Shown here: one piece after another, positions 36,635 to 46,206 of the stretch
How the letters are laid out: every line of letters starts with the position of its first letter
Numbering within the stretch: position 1 is the stretch's first letter
Assembly (NCBI GenBank): GCA_015064585.1
Contig: SVRY01000006.1
Span: 2,209 to 66,208 of the forward strand
Direction: 5' to 3'
DNA from: Oscillospiraceae bacterium
Lineage (GTDB): Bacteria > Bacillota > Clostridia > Oscillospirales > CAG-272
Length of the DNA stretch: 64,000 nucleotides
Translations under genes and position numbers: made by a program
The notes under the pieces: generated by a model
The model's database searches: none
The model's input: only the letters and a program-made list of their open reading frames with translations
What the model was told of the DNA's origin: nothing

Positions 36635-39514
36635 GTGAATCGCGAATTTGATGAACGTGATCCGGATAAAGAACCCGATGATCTGAATTTTGCAGAAGAT
36701 GGATCCGAAAATGATAAAAATGAAAAAGAAAATGATGCCGAAGAAGAGCTCGGGTTTGAAATAACTGAGGTTGATGATGCGGAAATTGCACCGGTAATTG
36801 TTGATAATGATGCCAAAGAAGCTGAAGATTCCGCTTTGGATCAAGAACTGTTGGATGAACTTGTGATTGCAACACAACAGTCGGATAAGAAAAAACGAAT
36901 CAAAAAGATTCTTTTGATCGTTGCAGCGGTATTGCTTGGCTTGGCATTGACGCTTGGTGGTGTAGGTGTTTTCTTGTTTTATCATTATTATAACAAGATT
37001 GATTACCAAAAGCCGGAAGAGATTGATGCAAATGAGCGCGATATCAAACTTTTTGACAGCTTGACCGGGAGCAGATATACATTTACCATTGACTTGATTG
37101 GATTGACCGATGAAGAAACTTTGTTGGTGGATATTTGGTATCTTTCCAATAAAGAATTGGTATTGGAAATCGGCAAAGATCCCGCAACGATGACCGTTTT
37201 GGAAAAAGAAGCACTCAAAAAATTAATTCTGGAAGAATTGCGCAGATTACAGGTGCAGGTTGAGGTAAAACTGCCGGTAATTACTGTATACAATACTGTG
37301 GATGGCAAGGAATATGCTATTGAGATATCGCGGGAATTATTACAAAACGCTTCGGACTATGCGGTAATACTGGAATATATCGCTTTGCATGGCGAGGAAC
37401 AATTGCTGATTGCTTTTGAAGGTCAATTTAATACAATGACCGATGAACAAAAGACGGCATTGTACGCCAAGATTGCCGGTGAGATCCGTGACAGACAGAA
37501 GATAAGATATCCGCTCAATTTGCAGGATGCGGTAAGCGGAAAACAATACGTGATGTATTTATATGAGGAAGAACTCAGCGAAGAACAGGCAAAACAGATC
37601 ATGGCAATGACAGATGTACTGGTTTTGGATGATCTTTCTGTAGATCCTGCAGAGTTGGATGCTGAGGCGCGCTCTGCATTCATTGTAAAGATTTTTGATA
37701 AGATTCAGGATGCGTCTATTGCTCGATATACGATTTTACTGCGCGATCCCGCTTCCGGAACGGTATATTCCTTTGTGCTTAAGCAAAACGAACTGACAAA
37801 TGTACAACTTGTGGAGATTGTAAAACAGATCCACCGCGGTATGCTGGATCTGCCCTTGTCCTCGGATCCCAATTTGTTGGATACCGAAGGTAAACAACAG
37901 GTTGTTCAGGATATATTGAAGGCAATCGAACTTCTGGAAAATCCTCCAAAGGTCTATCAGATTACAATTAAGGACCGTACAAGCGGGAAAATGTATATTT
38001 TGTCGTTTGATGAAAATGAGGCGACTGATGATCAGTTAATTACGTTGCTTACCAAGATCAGTGAAGGGGCTGTAATACTGGTTCCTGTTTTGGGCGATCC
38101 CGCATTGATGAATGCGCAAGAAAAGAAGGCATTGATAGAAGAAACCGTCGCGGAGATCTTGAATCCTTCACGTGCGTTGTCTTTGATGGATCCCGCAACC
38201 AAGCAAACGTATACTTTGTATTTCAGAGATACCGATGTAAGTGCATCTCAGCTTAGTTATTTGGCAGCTCAGATGCAAACAGGAAAGCCTTTTGAGATAA
38301 ATCTTTCTAAAGATCCTGCAAGCATGACTGCAAGTGAAAAGGCAGCTTTGTTGGAAGCGATTATAACAAAATTGCAGGCGCCTCCGGTGGTAGAGTATAA
38401 ATTCCCTGTGCGTGACCCCGAAACCGGTACAGCGTATATTTTGGTGTTTACCAAAGATGAGATCGGTGATGAGTCTGTGTTTGGCTATTTGCTGGAACAG
38501 GCACAGAAGGGAACTGCGTTGGATGTGGCAGTTTCTATGGATCCTTCTAAAATGAGTGCGGAAGATCGCAAAGCATTGTTTGCGGCTGCCGTGGAAGCGA
38601 TCAAAAATGTTGAAAACAATAATGAAGATCCCGAGTTACTGGAAAAACTGCTGGAACATCTAAACAGTATTGCGCAAAATCCCGTTCAGCACACCGAGAA
38701 CATTTACAATGTACTGTTGGTTGGTACTGACGAACGCGAGAATTATACTGCGAAAAACTCGGATACCATGATTGTTGTGACGCTGAACTACAAAGATAAG
38801 ACGATTACCCTGACTTCGCTGCTCAGAGATACTTGCGTAAAGTTCAAATATATGTCGGGTGGAAAAGAACGTGAAGTGGTTACACGTCTGAACAGCGCAT
38901 ATGCAATTGGCGGTATCAAAACGCTTATTTCGGCGATTGAGTCAAATTACGGACTTAAGATCGATAACTATGTCAGTGTTAACTGGTTCTCTTTCCTGGA
39001 TGTGTTTGAGGTGTTGGGCGGATTGGAGATCGATATTCCTCAGTCGGAAATTTCGAAGATCAATAAGGTAATTTCCTTACAAAGTCCCATTACTATCGGT
39101 CATAACGGAAATGCGGATCTTATAATCAAGAGCGGTAAACAGATGCTGAATGCCAATCAAATCCTTGCGTATTGCCGTTACCGTGATACGCAGGCAGACT
39201 TTGCGCGTACGCAGCGTCAGCGCCAAGTGTTAAAACTGGTGTTTGAAAAATTTAAGGACAGTGACATCTTTACGATTAATGAGCTGTTGAATAAGGTGCT
39301 TCCCTGCATTACCACCGACTTGACGGAAGGGAACTGCGCCGCACTGTTAAAGGATTTTTTGACGATCATCAATTGCAAGATGCAGGATCTTCGTTTGCCT
39401 GCATATCTGGAATACACGAGTAAAGACGGTATGCTTTGGCCTGATTGGGAAAAGACTTTGAAGAGAATGTACGGATTGGCGTACGGATCTCTTTGTCCCG
39501 AACAGTATAAATAA
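36635..39514 (+). CDS. LCP (LytR-CpsA-Psr) family protein with seven tandem repeat domains
   Basis: Acidic cytoplasmic N-terminus, one TM, then C-terminal NVLLVGTDER, SDTMIV, SLLRD, RLNSAY, LAYCRYR and DFARTQRQR motifs. Confidence 0.92.
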   Translation: MNREFDERDPDKEPDDLNFAEDGSENDKNEKENDAEEELGFEITEVDDAEIAPVIVDNDAKEAEDSALDQELLDELVIATQQSDKKKRIKKILLIVAAVLLGLALTLGGVGVFLFYHYYNKIDYQKPEEIDANERDIKLFDSLTGSRYTFTIDLIGLTDEETLLVDIWYLSNKELVLEIGKDPATMTVLEKEALKKLILEELRRLQVQVEVKLPVITVYNTVDGKEYAIEISRELLQNASDYAVILEYIALHGEEQLLIAFEGQFNTMTDEQKTALYAKIAGEIRDRQKIRYPLNLQDAVSGKQYVMYLYEEELSEEQAKQIMAMTDVLVLDDLSVDPAELDAEARSAFIVKIFDKIQDASIARYTILLRDPASGTVYSFVLKQNELTNVQLVEIVKQIHRGMLDLPLSSDPNLLDTEGKQQVVQDILKAIELLENPPKVYQITIKDRTSGKMYILSFDENEATDDQLITLLTKISEGAVILVPVLGDPALMNAQEKKALIEETVAEILNPSRALSLMDPATKQTYTLYFRDTDVSASQLSYLAAQMQTGKPFEINLSKDPASMTASEKAALLEAIITKLQAPPVVEYKFPVRDPETGTAYILVFTKDEIGDESVFGYLLEQAQKGTALDVAVSMDPSKMSAEDRKALFAAAVEAIKNVENNNEDPELLEKLLEHLNSIAQNPVQHTENIYNVLLVGTDERENYTAKNSDTMIVVTLNYKDKTITLTSLLRDTCVKFKYMSGGKEREVVTRLNSAYAIGGIKTLISAIESNYGLKIDNYVSVNWFSFLDVFEVLGGLEIDIPQSEISKINKVISLQSPITIGHNGNADLIIKSGKQMLNANQILAYCRYRDTQADFARTQRQRQVLKLVFEKFKDSDIFTINELLNKVLPCITTDLTEGNCAALLKDFLTIINCKMQDLRLPAYLEYTSKDGMLWPDWEKTLKRMYGLAYGSLCPEQYK
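37043..38605 (+). repeat. Seven tandem ~72-80 aa protein repeats within the LCP protein
   Basis: Each unit begins h-x-h-x-D-x-x-(S/T)G-x-x-Y and most end DP-x-x-(M/L)-x-x-x-(E/Q)K-x-AL; aligned by eye. Confidence 0.85.
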
Positions 39515-39648
39515 GTCTGTAAATAATATTTTAGGGAGTTGGCTGTAAAGTCAACTCCCGCGACTTTTTTTGAAAAAAATAGAAAAGGTACTTGACAAAG
39601 CGTCTTTTGTGTGATATTATACTTTAGGTTTCCGTAGGATGCTTATAT

Positions 39649-39722
<74 letters not shown>

Positions 39723-39725
39723 AAT

Positions 39726-39802
39726 GTGCCCTTAGCTCAGTCGGATAGAGCAACTGCCTTCTAAGCAGTAGGTCGGGGGTTCGAATCCCTCAGGGCACGC
39801 CA
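39726..39802 (+). tRNA. tRNA-Arg(TCT)
   Basis: Anticodon arm ACTGC-CTTCTAA-GCAGT, GGTTCGAATCC T-arm, CCA end. Confidence 0.97.
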
Positions 39803-39810
39803 TATAATAC

Positions 39811-39888
39811 GGTGGAATTAGCTCAGTTGGTTAGAGCGCCAGGTTGTGGCCCTGGAGGTCGTGGGTTCAACTCCCATATTTCACCCCA
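39811..39888 (+). tRNA. tRNA-His(GTG)
   Basis: Anticodon arm CCAGG-TTGTGGC-CCTGG, G-1, GGTTCAACTCC T-arm, CCA end. Confidence 0.96.
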
Positions 39889-39892
39889 GATT

Positions 39893-39920
39893 AAAAAGAT
39901 CGCCGGATGGCGGTCTTTTT
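39893..39920 (+). terminator. Terminator of the tRNA operon
   Basis: AAAAGATCGCC-ggat-GGCGGTCTTTTT. Confidence 0.8.
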
Positions 39921-40002
39921 GCTTTTGGGGGACTTGATTTTTGTTCCTGTGTATGATATTCTATATAGTAGAAACAGAAACAAACGGGAGGTATTGATTA
40001 TT

Positions 40003-40251
40003 ATGGGTAGAGTGCTCTATTTTGTTTTAGGAATAAAGAAATTCATGGGTCCTGCTCTTCTTTTGATCGCGGGATTGATGATTGCGTTTTGTGTTGTAAT
40101 GTTCTTTGTGGGTCTTGCACAGAAGGCAAAGCGCCGCAATGACGGATTGGCACAAAAGTCCAAGTTGCTTGAAATGTACGCCGCTGAAGAAAAAGAACGG
40201 GAAGAGCAAGAAAAATTGAAAGAATCCCAAAAGAAGCAGTCGGAAGAATGA
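40003..40251 (+). CDS. Small membrane protein with charged C-terminus
   Basis: SD GGGAGG, one TM, coiled-coil-like tail. Confidence 0.65.
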   Translation: MGRVLYFVLGIKKFMGPALLLIAGLMIAFCVVMFFVGLAQKAKRRNDGLAQKSKLLEMYAAEEKEREEQEKLKESQKKQSEE

Positions 40252-40291
40252 TCGATGCGGGAGCCGTAAATGCGGTTTCCGCTTTTGTTTT

Positions 40292-40320
40292 GCATAAAAC
40301 GCGCTAAAACCGCATAGCTT
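40292..40320 (+). promoter_or_regulatory. Putative sigma-E promoter of spoIVA
   Basis: GCATAAAA...CATAGCTT resembles the sigma-E -35/-10 consensus; spoIVA is sigma-E dependent in model sporulators. Confidence 0.5.
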
Positions 40321-40351
40321 TATACAAAAGTAATGTGCGGAGGTTGACGCA

Positions 40352-41830
40352 ATGGCGGACACAAGCATTTATCAAGATATTGCAAAGCGTACGGGCGGAG
40401 ATATTTATGTGGGAGTGGTTGGTCCTGTGAGAACAGGAAAATCCACACTGATCAAAAAGTTTATGGAGGGGCTGGTGCTGCCGGGGATTGCCGATGAATA
40501 TGACCGCAAGCGGGCAAGGGATGAACTGCCGCAAAGTGCAGGCGGAAAGACAGTGATGACAACGGAGCCGAAATTTATTCCCGATGAGGCGGTGGCATTG
40601 ACGCTGGACGATATGTCGGGGGTGAGGGTGCGTCTCATTGATTGCGTCGGATATGTTGTTCCCGATGCGCTGGGGCAAACCGAGAACGGTGAGCCGCGAA
40701 TGGTGCACACCCCTTGGGATCAAGAACCCATTCCCTTTGTGGAAGCGGCAGAGATCGGTACGCGAAAGGTTATTACCGATCATGCTACTATCGGGTTGTT
40801 GGTTACCTGTGACGGCAGCATTTGCGAGATCCCAAGACACTCCTATGAAGAAGCGGAAGCGAGGGTGGCAAATGAATTAAAAGGATTGGGAAAACCGTTT
40901 GCCATTGTTTTGAATTCAGCACATCCCAATGCACCGGAAAGTATTGCGCTGGCAATGGAACTGGAAGAAAAATACGGCGCGCCTGTGGCGCTTGTCAACT
41001 GCACCGAACTCAATGGAGAGGATATACGTCACATATTGGGTATGATCCTATTGGAATTCCCTGTAAAAGAACTCAAGGTGGAACTGCCTGCTTTTACCTT
41101 GGCGTTGGAGGAAGATCATTGGTTGATGCAAAGCTTGCATGAAAGTATGATCAAATGCGCTTCGGAAATACATAAAATGGGGCAGGTTACGCATGCGGTG
41201 GCGATGATGGGAGAGAATGATAGCGTAGGCAGTGTCAGACTGAAAACTTTGGATATGGGCAGCGGTATTTGCCGAGCGGAAATTCAGCCGATTGCCGGAT
41301 TGTATTACAGAGTGCTCAGTGAACTGACCGGTTTGCGCATTGACAGCGAAGAACAGCTGGTGTCCATGATGCGGGAATTGGCAAAGATCAAAGAAAAATA
41401 CGATAGAGTGGATGAGGCACTGAAAAGCGTTGAAGAAAGAGGTTACGGTATTGTGATGCCTGATGTATCAGAGCTTCGGCTGGAGGACCCGAAAATTATG
41501 AAACAACCGGGAGGCTATGGCGTAAAATTGCGTGCTTCTGCTCCGTCTGTGCATATGATCAAAGCGGATATCGAGACAGAACTCAATCCCATTGTGGGCA
41601 GTGAACAGCAATCGGAGGAATTGATTCGGTATTTGATGCGGGAATTTGAAAACGATCCCGCAAAGATATGGCAGACTAACATGTTTGGCACAACACTATA
41701 TGAATTGGTTAGTGAAGGTTTGCATTCCAAACTGCAAAATATGCCTGAGGACGCCAGAATAAAACTATCTGAAACACTCTCGCGTATCATAAATGAGGGA
41801 ACAAACGGGCTGGTATGCATTTTACTTTGA
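40352..41830 (+). CDS. spoIVA: Stage IV sporulation protein A
   Basis: IYVGVVGPVRTGKST, DELPQS, MTTEPKF; 492 aa. Confidence 0.99.
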   Translation: MADTSIYQDIAKRTGGDIYVGVVGPVRTGKSTLIKKFMEGLVLPGIADEYDRKRARDELPQSAGGKTVMTTEPKFIPDEAVALTLDDMSGVRVRLIDCVGYVVPDALGQTENGEPRMVHTPWDQEPIPFVEAAEIGTRKVITDHATIGLLVTCDGSICEIPRHSYEEAEARVANELKGLGKPFAIVLNSAHPNAPESIALAMELEEKYGAPVALVNCTELNGEDIRHILGMILLEFPVKELKVELPAFTLALEEDHWLMQSLHESMIKCASEIHKMGQVTHAVAMMGENDSVGSVRLKTLDMGSGICRAEIQPIAGLYYRVLSELTGLRIDSEEQLVSMMRELAKIKEKYDRVDEALKSVEERGYGIVMPDVSELRLEDPKIMKQPGGYGVKLRASAPSVHMIKADIETELNPIVGSEQQSEELIRYLMREFENDPAKIWQTNMFGTTLYELVSEGLHSKLQNMPEDARIKLSETLSRIINEGTNGLVCILL

Positions 41831-41835
41831 AGTGT

Positions 41836-42102
41836 ATGCGGCTTTCCGATCTGCGCTGCCGCGAGGTGATATGTCTTGCAGACGGCAGGCGCCTAGGGTA
41901 CATCAGTGACTTGGAGATCGATCTATCCTGCGGTAAGATTATCGCCTTGATTCTGCCGGGCCCCGGAAGATTGAAAGGACTGCTTTCAAACGGCGAATTC
42001 AGGGTGCCTTGGCAGGAGATTGCCAGCATTGGAGCTGATTTGATCCTGGTTAACCGATGCGAAGAGTTGTGCACAGATCGTAAAAGAGAAAAACGAAGCT
42101 GA
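41836..42102 (+). CDS. YlmC/YmxH family sporulation protein (PRC barrel)
   Basis: LSDLRCREVI..DGRRLG.ISDLEID..VPW..I..IGADLILV motif. Confidence 0.9.
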   Translation: MRLSDLRCREVICLADGRRLGYISDLEIDLSCGKIIALILPGPGRLKGLLSNGEFRVPWQEIASIGADLILVNRCEELCTDRKREKRS

Positions 42103-42179
42103 ATTTGTAATTGTAAATAAATTGTAAATTTATAAAAATGTCTTGCTTTTTGCCAAGATGTGTGCTAGAATAGTTCGAA

Positions 42180-42250
42180 ATTCACACACGGGAAGCACTT
42201 TCGGTGCCTATGGCGTATGCCCCGTGGTGGAAAAACCGAAGGAGGACATG
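42180..42250 (+). promoter_or_regulatory. Putative S2 leader RNA
   Basis: CACACACGGG...CCCGTGGTG pairing with inner GCAC-tttcg-GTGC hairpin, directly upstream of the rpsB SD. Confidence 0.6.
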
Positions 42251-42254
42251 AAAC

Positions 42255-42989
42255 ATGTCGATTATTTCTATTAAACAACTGCTTGAAGCAGGCGTCCATT
42301 TCGGACATCACACCAGAAGATGGAATCCCAAGATGGCTGAGTACATCTTCACCGAACGTAACGGTATCTACATCATTGACCTGCAGAAGACCGTTAAGAA
42401 GTTTGACGAAGCTTACATGTTTGTTCGTGAACTTTCTCAGAACGGCGGCAGCATTCTGTTTGTTGGTACCAAGAAGCAGGCTGCTGAAGCTATTAAGGAA
42501 GAGGCTGAAAGAGCCGGTCAGTACTATGTAAACGTACGTTGGCCCGGCGGTATGCTGACCAACTTCAAGACCATCAAGCGCTCCATCAACCGTTTGAACA
42601 CTCTGGAAAAGATGCAGGCTGACGGTACCTTTGATCTGCTTCCCAAGAAAGAAGTTGCTGCTCTGGTTAAGGAAATGAACAACCTTGAAAAGAGCTATGG
42701 CGGTATCAAGACCATGAACACACTGCCTTCTGCAGTATTCATTGTTGACCCCCGCAAAGAACACAATGCTGTTCTGGAAGCAAAGAAGCTGGGCATTCCG
42801 GTTGTTGCTATCGTTGACACCAACTGCGATCCTGATGATGCTGACTATGTAATTCCCGGTAACGATGACGCTATCCGCGCTATCAAGCTGATCTCCGCAT
42901 CTCTGGCTGACGCAGTGATCGAAGGCAGACAGGGTGAGCAGACCGAGGCAGAAGCTACTGAAGCTCCCGCTACCGAAACTGCTGAATAA
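42255..42989 (+). CDS. rpsB: 30S ribosomal protein S2
   Basis: [16 protein letters not shown] and PGNDDAIR motifs. Confidence 0.99.
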   Translation: MSIISIKQLLEAGVHFGHHTRRWNPKMAEYIFTERNGIYIIDLQKTVKKFDEAYMFVRELSQNGGSILFVGTKKQAAEAIKEEAERAGQYYVNVRWPGGMLTNFKTIKRSINRLNTLEKMQADGTFDLLPKKEVAALVKEMNNLEKSYGGIKTMNTLPSAVFIVDPRKEHNAVLEAKKLGIPVVAIVDTNCDPDDADYVIPGNDDAIRAIKLISASLADAVIEGRQGEQTEAEATEAPATETAE

Positions 42990-43024
42990 TTATTGTATTC
43001 TCAAAATACAGGAGGAAAACCAAA

Positions 43025-43960
43025 ATGGCTCAAATTAAAGCTCAAGACGTTGCTGCTCTGCGTGCTAAGACCGGTCTTGGTATGATGGACTGCAAAAAGG
43101 CACTGGTAGAAGCAGAAGGCGATATGGAACAGGCTATTAAGATCCTGCGTGAAAAGGGTCTGGCTACTGCTGCTAAGAAGGAAAGCCGTATTGCGGCTGA
43201 GGGTATTGTTGACATCATGACCGAAGGCGATGTTACCGCTATGATCGAAGTCAACACCGAAACCGACTTTGTTGCAAAGAACGCAAGTTTCCGTGAATTT
43301 GTTAAGAGTGTTCTCTCCACCATCATTGCCGGCAAGCCCTGCTGCCTGGAATCCTTGATGGAGATGACCTGTGCCGGTACTGAAATGACCGTATCTCAGG
43401 CTCTGGTTGAAAAGATCGCTCAGATCGGCGAAAAAATCAGCATTCGCCGTTTCACCGTTGTAGAAGGAACCGTTTCCACCTATATCCATGGTGCAGGCCA
43501 GACCGGTGTTATCGTTAAGTTTGAAGCTGAAGATGCTGCTAAGGCAAATGAAGGCTTTGCTGAAGTTACTAAGAATATCGCTCTGCAGATCGCTGCAGGT
43601 ACTCCTCCCACCTATGTGGCAAAGGAAGATGTTCCTCAGAACGTAATCGATGAGGAAATGGCTATTCAGGTTGCAGCTGCTAAGAACGATCCTAAGTTGG
43701 CAAGCAAACCTGAAAACGTGCTGAAGAACATTGTTGCCGGTAAGCTTGGCAAACTGTTCTATGAAAAGGCATGTCTGCTGGAGCAGGCATACGTTAAGGA
43801 AGACTCCTTGACCGTAGGTAAGTATCTGGCACAGGCATCCAAGGAACTCGGAGGCAATGTAAAGGTTGTTTCCTTTGTGCTCTTTGAAAAGGGCGAAGGT
43901 CTTCAGAAGAGAGAAGAAAACTTTGCAGACGAAATTTCCAAGATGGTAAATAAGGGCTGA
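43025..43960 (+). CDS. tsf: Elongation factor Ts
   Basis: LRAKTGLGMMDCKKAL and EVNTETDFVAKN motifs. Confidence 0.99.
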   Translation: MAQIKAQDVAALRAKTGLGMMDCKKALVEAEGDMEQAIKILREKGLATAAKKESRIAAEGIVDIMTEGDVTAMIEVNTETDFVAKNASFREFVKSVLSTIIAGKPCCLESLMEMTCAGTEMTVSQALVEKIAQIGEKISIRRFTVVEGTVSTYIHGAGQTGVIVKFEAEDAAKANEGFAEVTKNIALQIAAGTPPTYVAKEDVPQNVIDEEMAIQVAAAKNDPKLASKPENVLKNIVAGKLGKLFYEKACLLEQAYVKEDSLTVGKYLAQASKELGGNVKVVSFVLFEKGEGLQKREENFADEISKMVNKG

Positions 43961-43985
43961 TTTTAGTTTCTAAGATCCAGGAATC

Positions 43986-44019
43986 AAAACGGATGACAGA
44001 ATAACTGTCATCCGTTTTT
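43986..44019 (+). terminator. Terminator after tsf
   Basis: AAAACGGATGACAG...CTGTCATCCGTTTTT. Confidence 0.85.
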
Positions 44020-44160
44020 CAAGTTACGATAGTTTATTCAAAAAAACGAAAAAATTTTATAAATTTGCAAAATGCTGTTTACAAAATGAAGAAAATACGC
44101 TACAATAAAAAAGAGCATACAATTAGAAGACTATATAGGTAAATGAAGGAGGAAAACTCC

Positions 44161-44874
44161 ATGGCGGAAGTGAAATACAAGAGAATTCTTTTGAAACTAT
44201 CCGGTGAAGCAATGAAAGGGGAAGCCCCAAAAGGGCTTTACGATTATGCAGTGCTTGACAAGATATGTGATGTGATTTCCAAGCTGACTGCAAGCGGTGT
44301 CCAGGTAGCTATCGTTGTAGGTGCCGGCAATATTTGGCGCGGCGGCAGATCAGATAAGAAGATGGACCGCACCAGAGCGGATCATATGGGCATGTTGGGT
44401 ACTACAATCAATGCGCTTTGCTTGAAAGACTGTTTGGAACATGTGGGCGTGGATGCTCGTGTGATGACAGCGGTGGAAATGCGAACCTTTGCAGAGCCTT
44501 ACGTTAAAGACGATGCCGTTCGTTATTTGAATGAAGGCAAGGTAGTTATTTTCGGATGTGGAACGGGTAGCCCTTATTTTTCCACTGATACAGCGGCAGT
44601 ACTTCGTGCGGCAGAGATTGGCGCAGACGCGGTTCTCTTTGCCAAAAATGTAGACGGTGTATACACTGCAGATCCCAAAGAAGATCCTGCTGCACAGAAG
44701 TTGGATGAAATTTCATATATTGACATTTTGAAAAATGGTATGAAAGTTATGGATCTGACAGCGGCATCTTTTAGTATGGACAATCATTTGACTATACTGG
44801 TATTCGGTCTCGATGATCCGGAAAACATAATTCGCGTTGCAAATGGCGAAGCGATAGGAACGATTGTAAAATAA
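44161..44874 (+). CDS. pyrH: UMP kinase
   Basis: RILLKLSGEA, GAGNIWRG, DHMGML and PYFSTDT motifs. Confidence 0.98.
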   Translation: MAEVKYKRILLKLSGEAMKGEAPKGLYDYAVLDKICDVISKLTASGVQVAIVVGAGNIWRGGRSDKKMDRTRADHMGMLGTTINALCLKDCLEHVGVDARVMTAVEMRTFAEPYVKDDAVRYLNEGKVVIFGCGTGSPYFSTDTAAVLRAAEIGADAVLFAKNVDGVYTADPKEDPAAQKLDEISYIDILKNGMKVMDLTAASFSMDNHLTILVFGLDDPENIIRVANGEAIGTIVK

Positions 44875-44889
44875 TTGGAGGATATAAAT

Positions 44890-45444
44890 ATGAAACTTGA
44901 TGTAAAACCTTATGAAGAAAAAATGAAAAAGAGCATTACCTCTTTGGAAAATGAAATGGATTTGGTAAGAGCCGGCAGAGCAAACCCCGGTATTCTGGCA
45001 CCGGTTATGGTGGAATATTATGGCGCACCCACCCAAATCAATCAAGTAGCTGAAGTTAAGGTGACTGACGCGCGTACTATTACCATTACCCCTTGGGAGT
45101 CTAGTTTGTTGCGCGGTATCGAAAAGGCTATTTTGGTGGCTGACATCGGTATCAATCCTCAGAATGACGGTAAATCTATCCGTTTGTCGTTCCCTCAGCC
45201 TACTGAAGAACGCAGAAAAGAACTTTGTAAGCAGGTAGCCAAGATGGGCGAAGATACAAAGGTTATGATTCGTAATATCCGCCGTGACGCCAACGACAAG
45301 GCAAAGGATATGAAAAAGAAGAGCGAAATGACCGAAGATGAACAGAAGCAGTCTGAAAAGTCTGTTCAAGATCTGACCGATAAGTACATTAAGCTGGTGG
45401 ATTCGGTAGTGGATAAAAAATCTAAGGAAATCATGGTCATTTGA
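44890..45444 (+). CDS. frr: Ribosome recycling factor
   Basis: RAGRANP, NPQNDG and RNIRRD motifs. Confidence 0.98.
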   Translation: MKLDVKPYEEKMKKSITSLENEMDLVRAGRANPGILAPVMVEYYGAPTQINQVAEVKVTDARTITITPWESSLLRGIEKAILVADIGINPQNDGKSIRLSFPQPTEERRKELCKQVAKMGEDTKVMIRNIRRDANDKAKDMKKKSEMTEDEQKQSEKSVQDLTDKYIKLVDSVVDKKSKEIMVI

Positions 45445-45467
45445 TCGGATTTTCGGGATAAATAAAA

Positions 45468-46184
45468 ATGTTTTTCAGACAAAATGAGAAATTCCCCGAT
45501 CAGAAATCTGAACACGGGGTAAGACATATTGCTTTCATCATGGATGGAAACGGTAGATGGGCGAAGAAACGGGGAATGCCCAGAGAATTCGGTCATCGGG
45601 AAGGAGCCAAGGCTTTCCAGCGTGTTGTGGAGTATTGCGGCGATATTGGCATTGAATATGTTACGGTATATGCTTTCTCCACCGAAAATTGGAAAAGACC
45701 TGAAAATGAAGTGAAAGCAATCATGCAATTGTTTACCGAATATATGTCGGAGGCATTTCGGGTATTTGCTGAAAAGGGATTACGGATTCGTTTTATCGGA
45801 GACCGTTCCCGTTTTGATGCTGATCTGCTTTGTGAAATGAATCGGTTAGAACAGGATTCCAAAGATAATAAAAAAGTACTGAATGTCGCTTTTAATTATG
45901 GTGGCAGAGAAGATATTCTGCATGCTGTGAAAGTATTGGCGTCGGAAGGAAAAGATTTTACCGAGGAAAACCTGACAGTGGCACTTTATACAGAGCAGTG
46001 TCCCGAGCCGGATTTAATTGTGCGTACCGGTGGAGAAATGCGAATTTCTAATTTCCTTCTTTGGCAGTCAGCTTATGCGGAACTGTATTTTACCGATACC
46101 CTTTGGCCCGATATGCAGGAAAAAGATGTGGACGCGGCAGTCGCAGAATTTGCGCGTCGTAACCGCAGGTTCGGCGGTGTCTGA
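45468..46184 (+). CDS. uppS: Undecaprenyl diphosphate synthase
   Basis: HIAFIMDGNGRWA, FSTENW and RTGGEMRISNFLLWQ motifs. Confidence 0.98.
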   Translation: MFFRQNEKFPDQKSEHGVRHIAFIMDGNGRWAKKRGMPREFGHREGAKAFQRVVEYCGDIGIEYVTVYAFSTENWKRPENEVKAIMQLFTEYMSEAFRVFAEKGLRIRFIGDRSRFDADLLCEMNRLEQDSKDNKKVLNVAFNYGGREDILHAVKVLASEGKDFTEENLTVALYTEQCPEPDLIVRTGGEMRISNFLLWQSAYAELYFTDTLWPDMQEKDVDAAVAEFARRNRRFGGV

Positions 46185-46206
46185 AAATTCGGAAAGGATA
46201 AAGACT

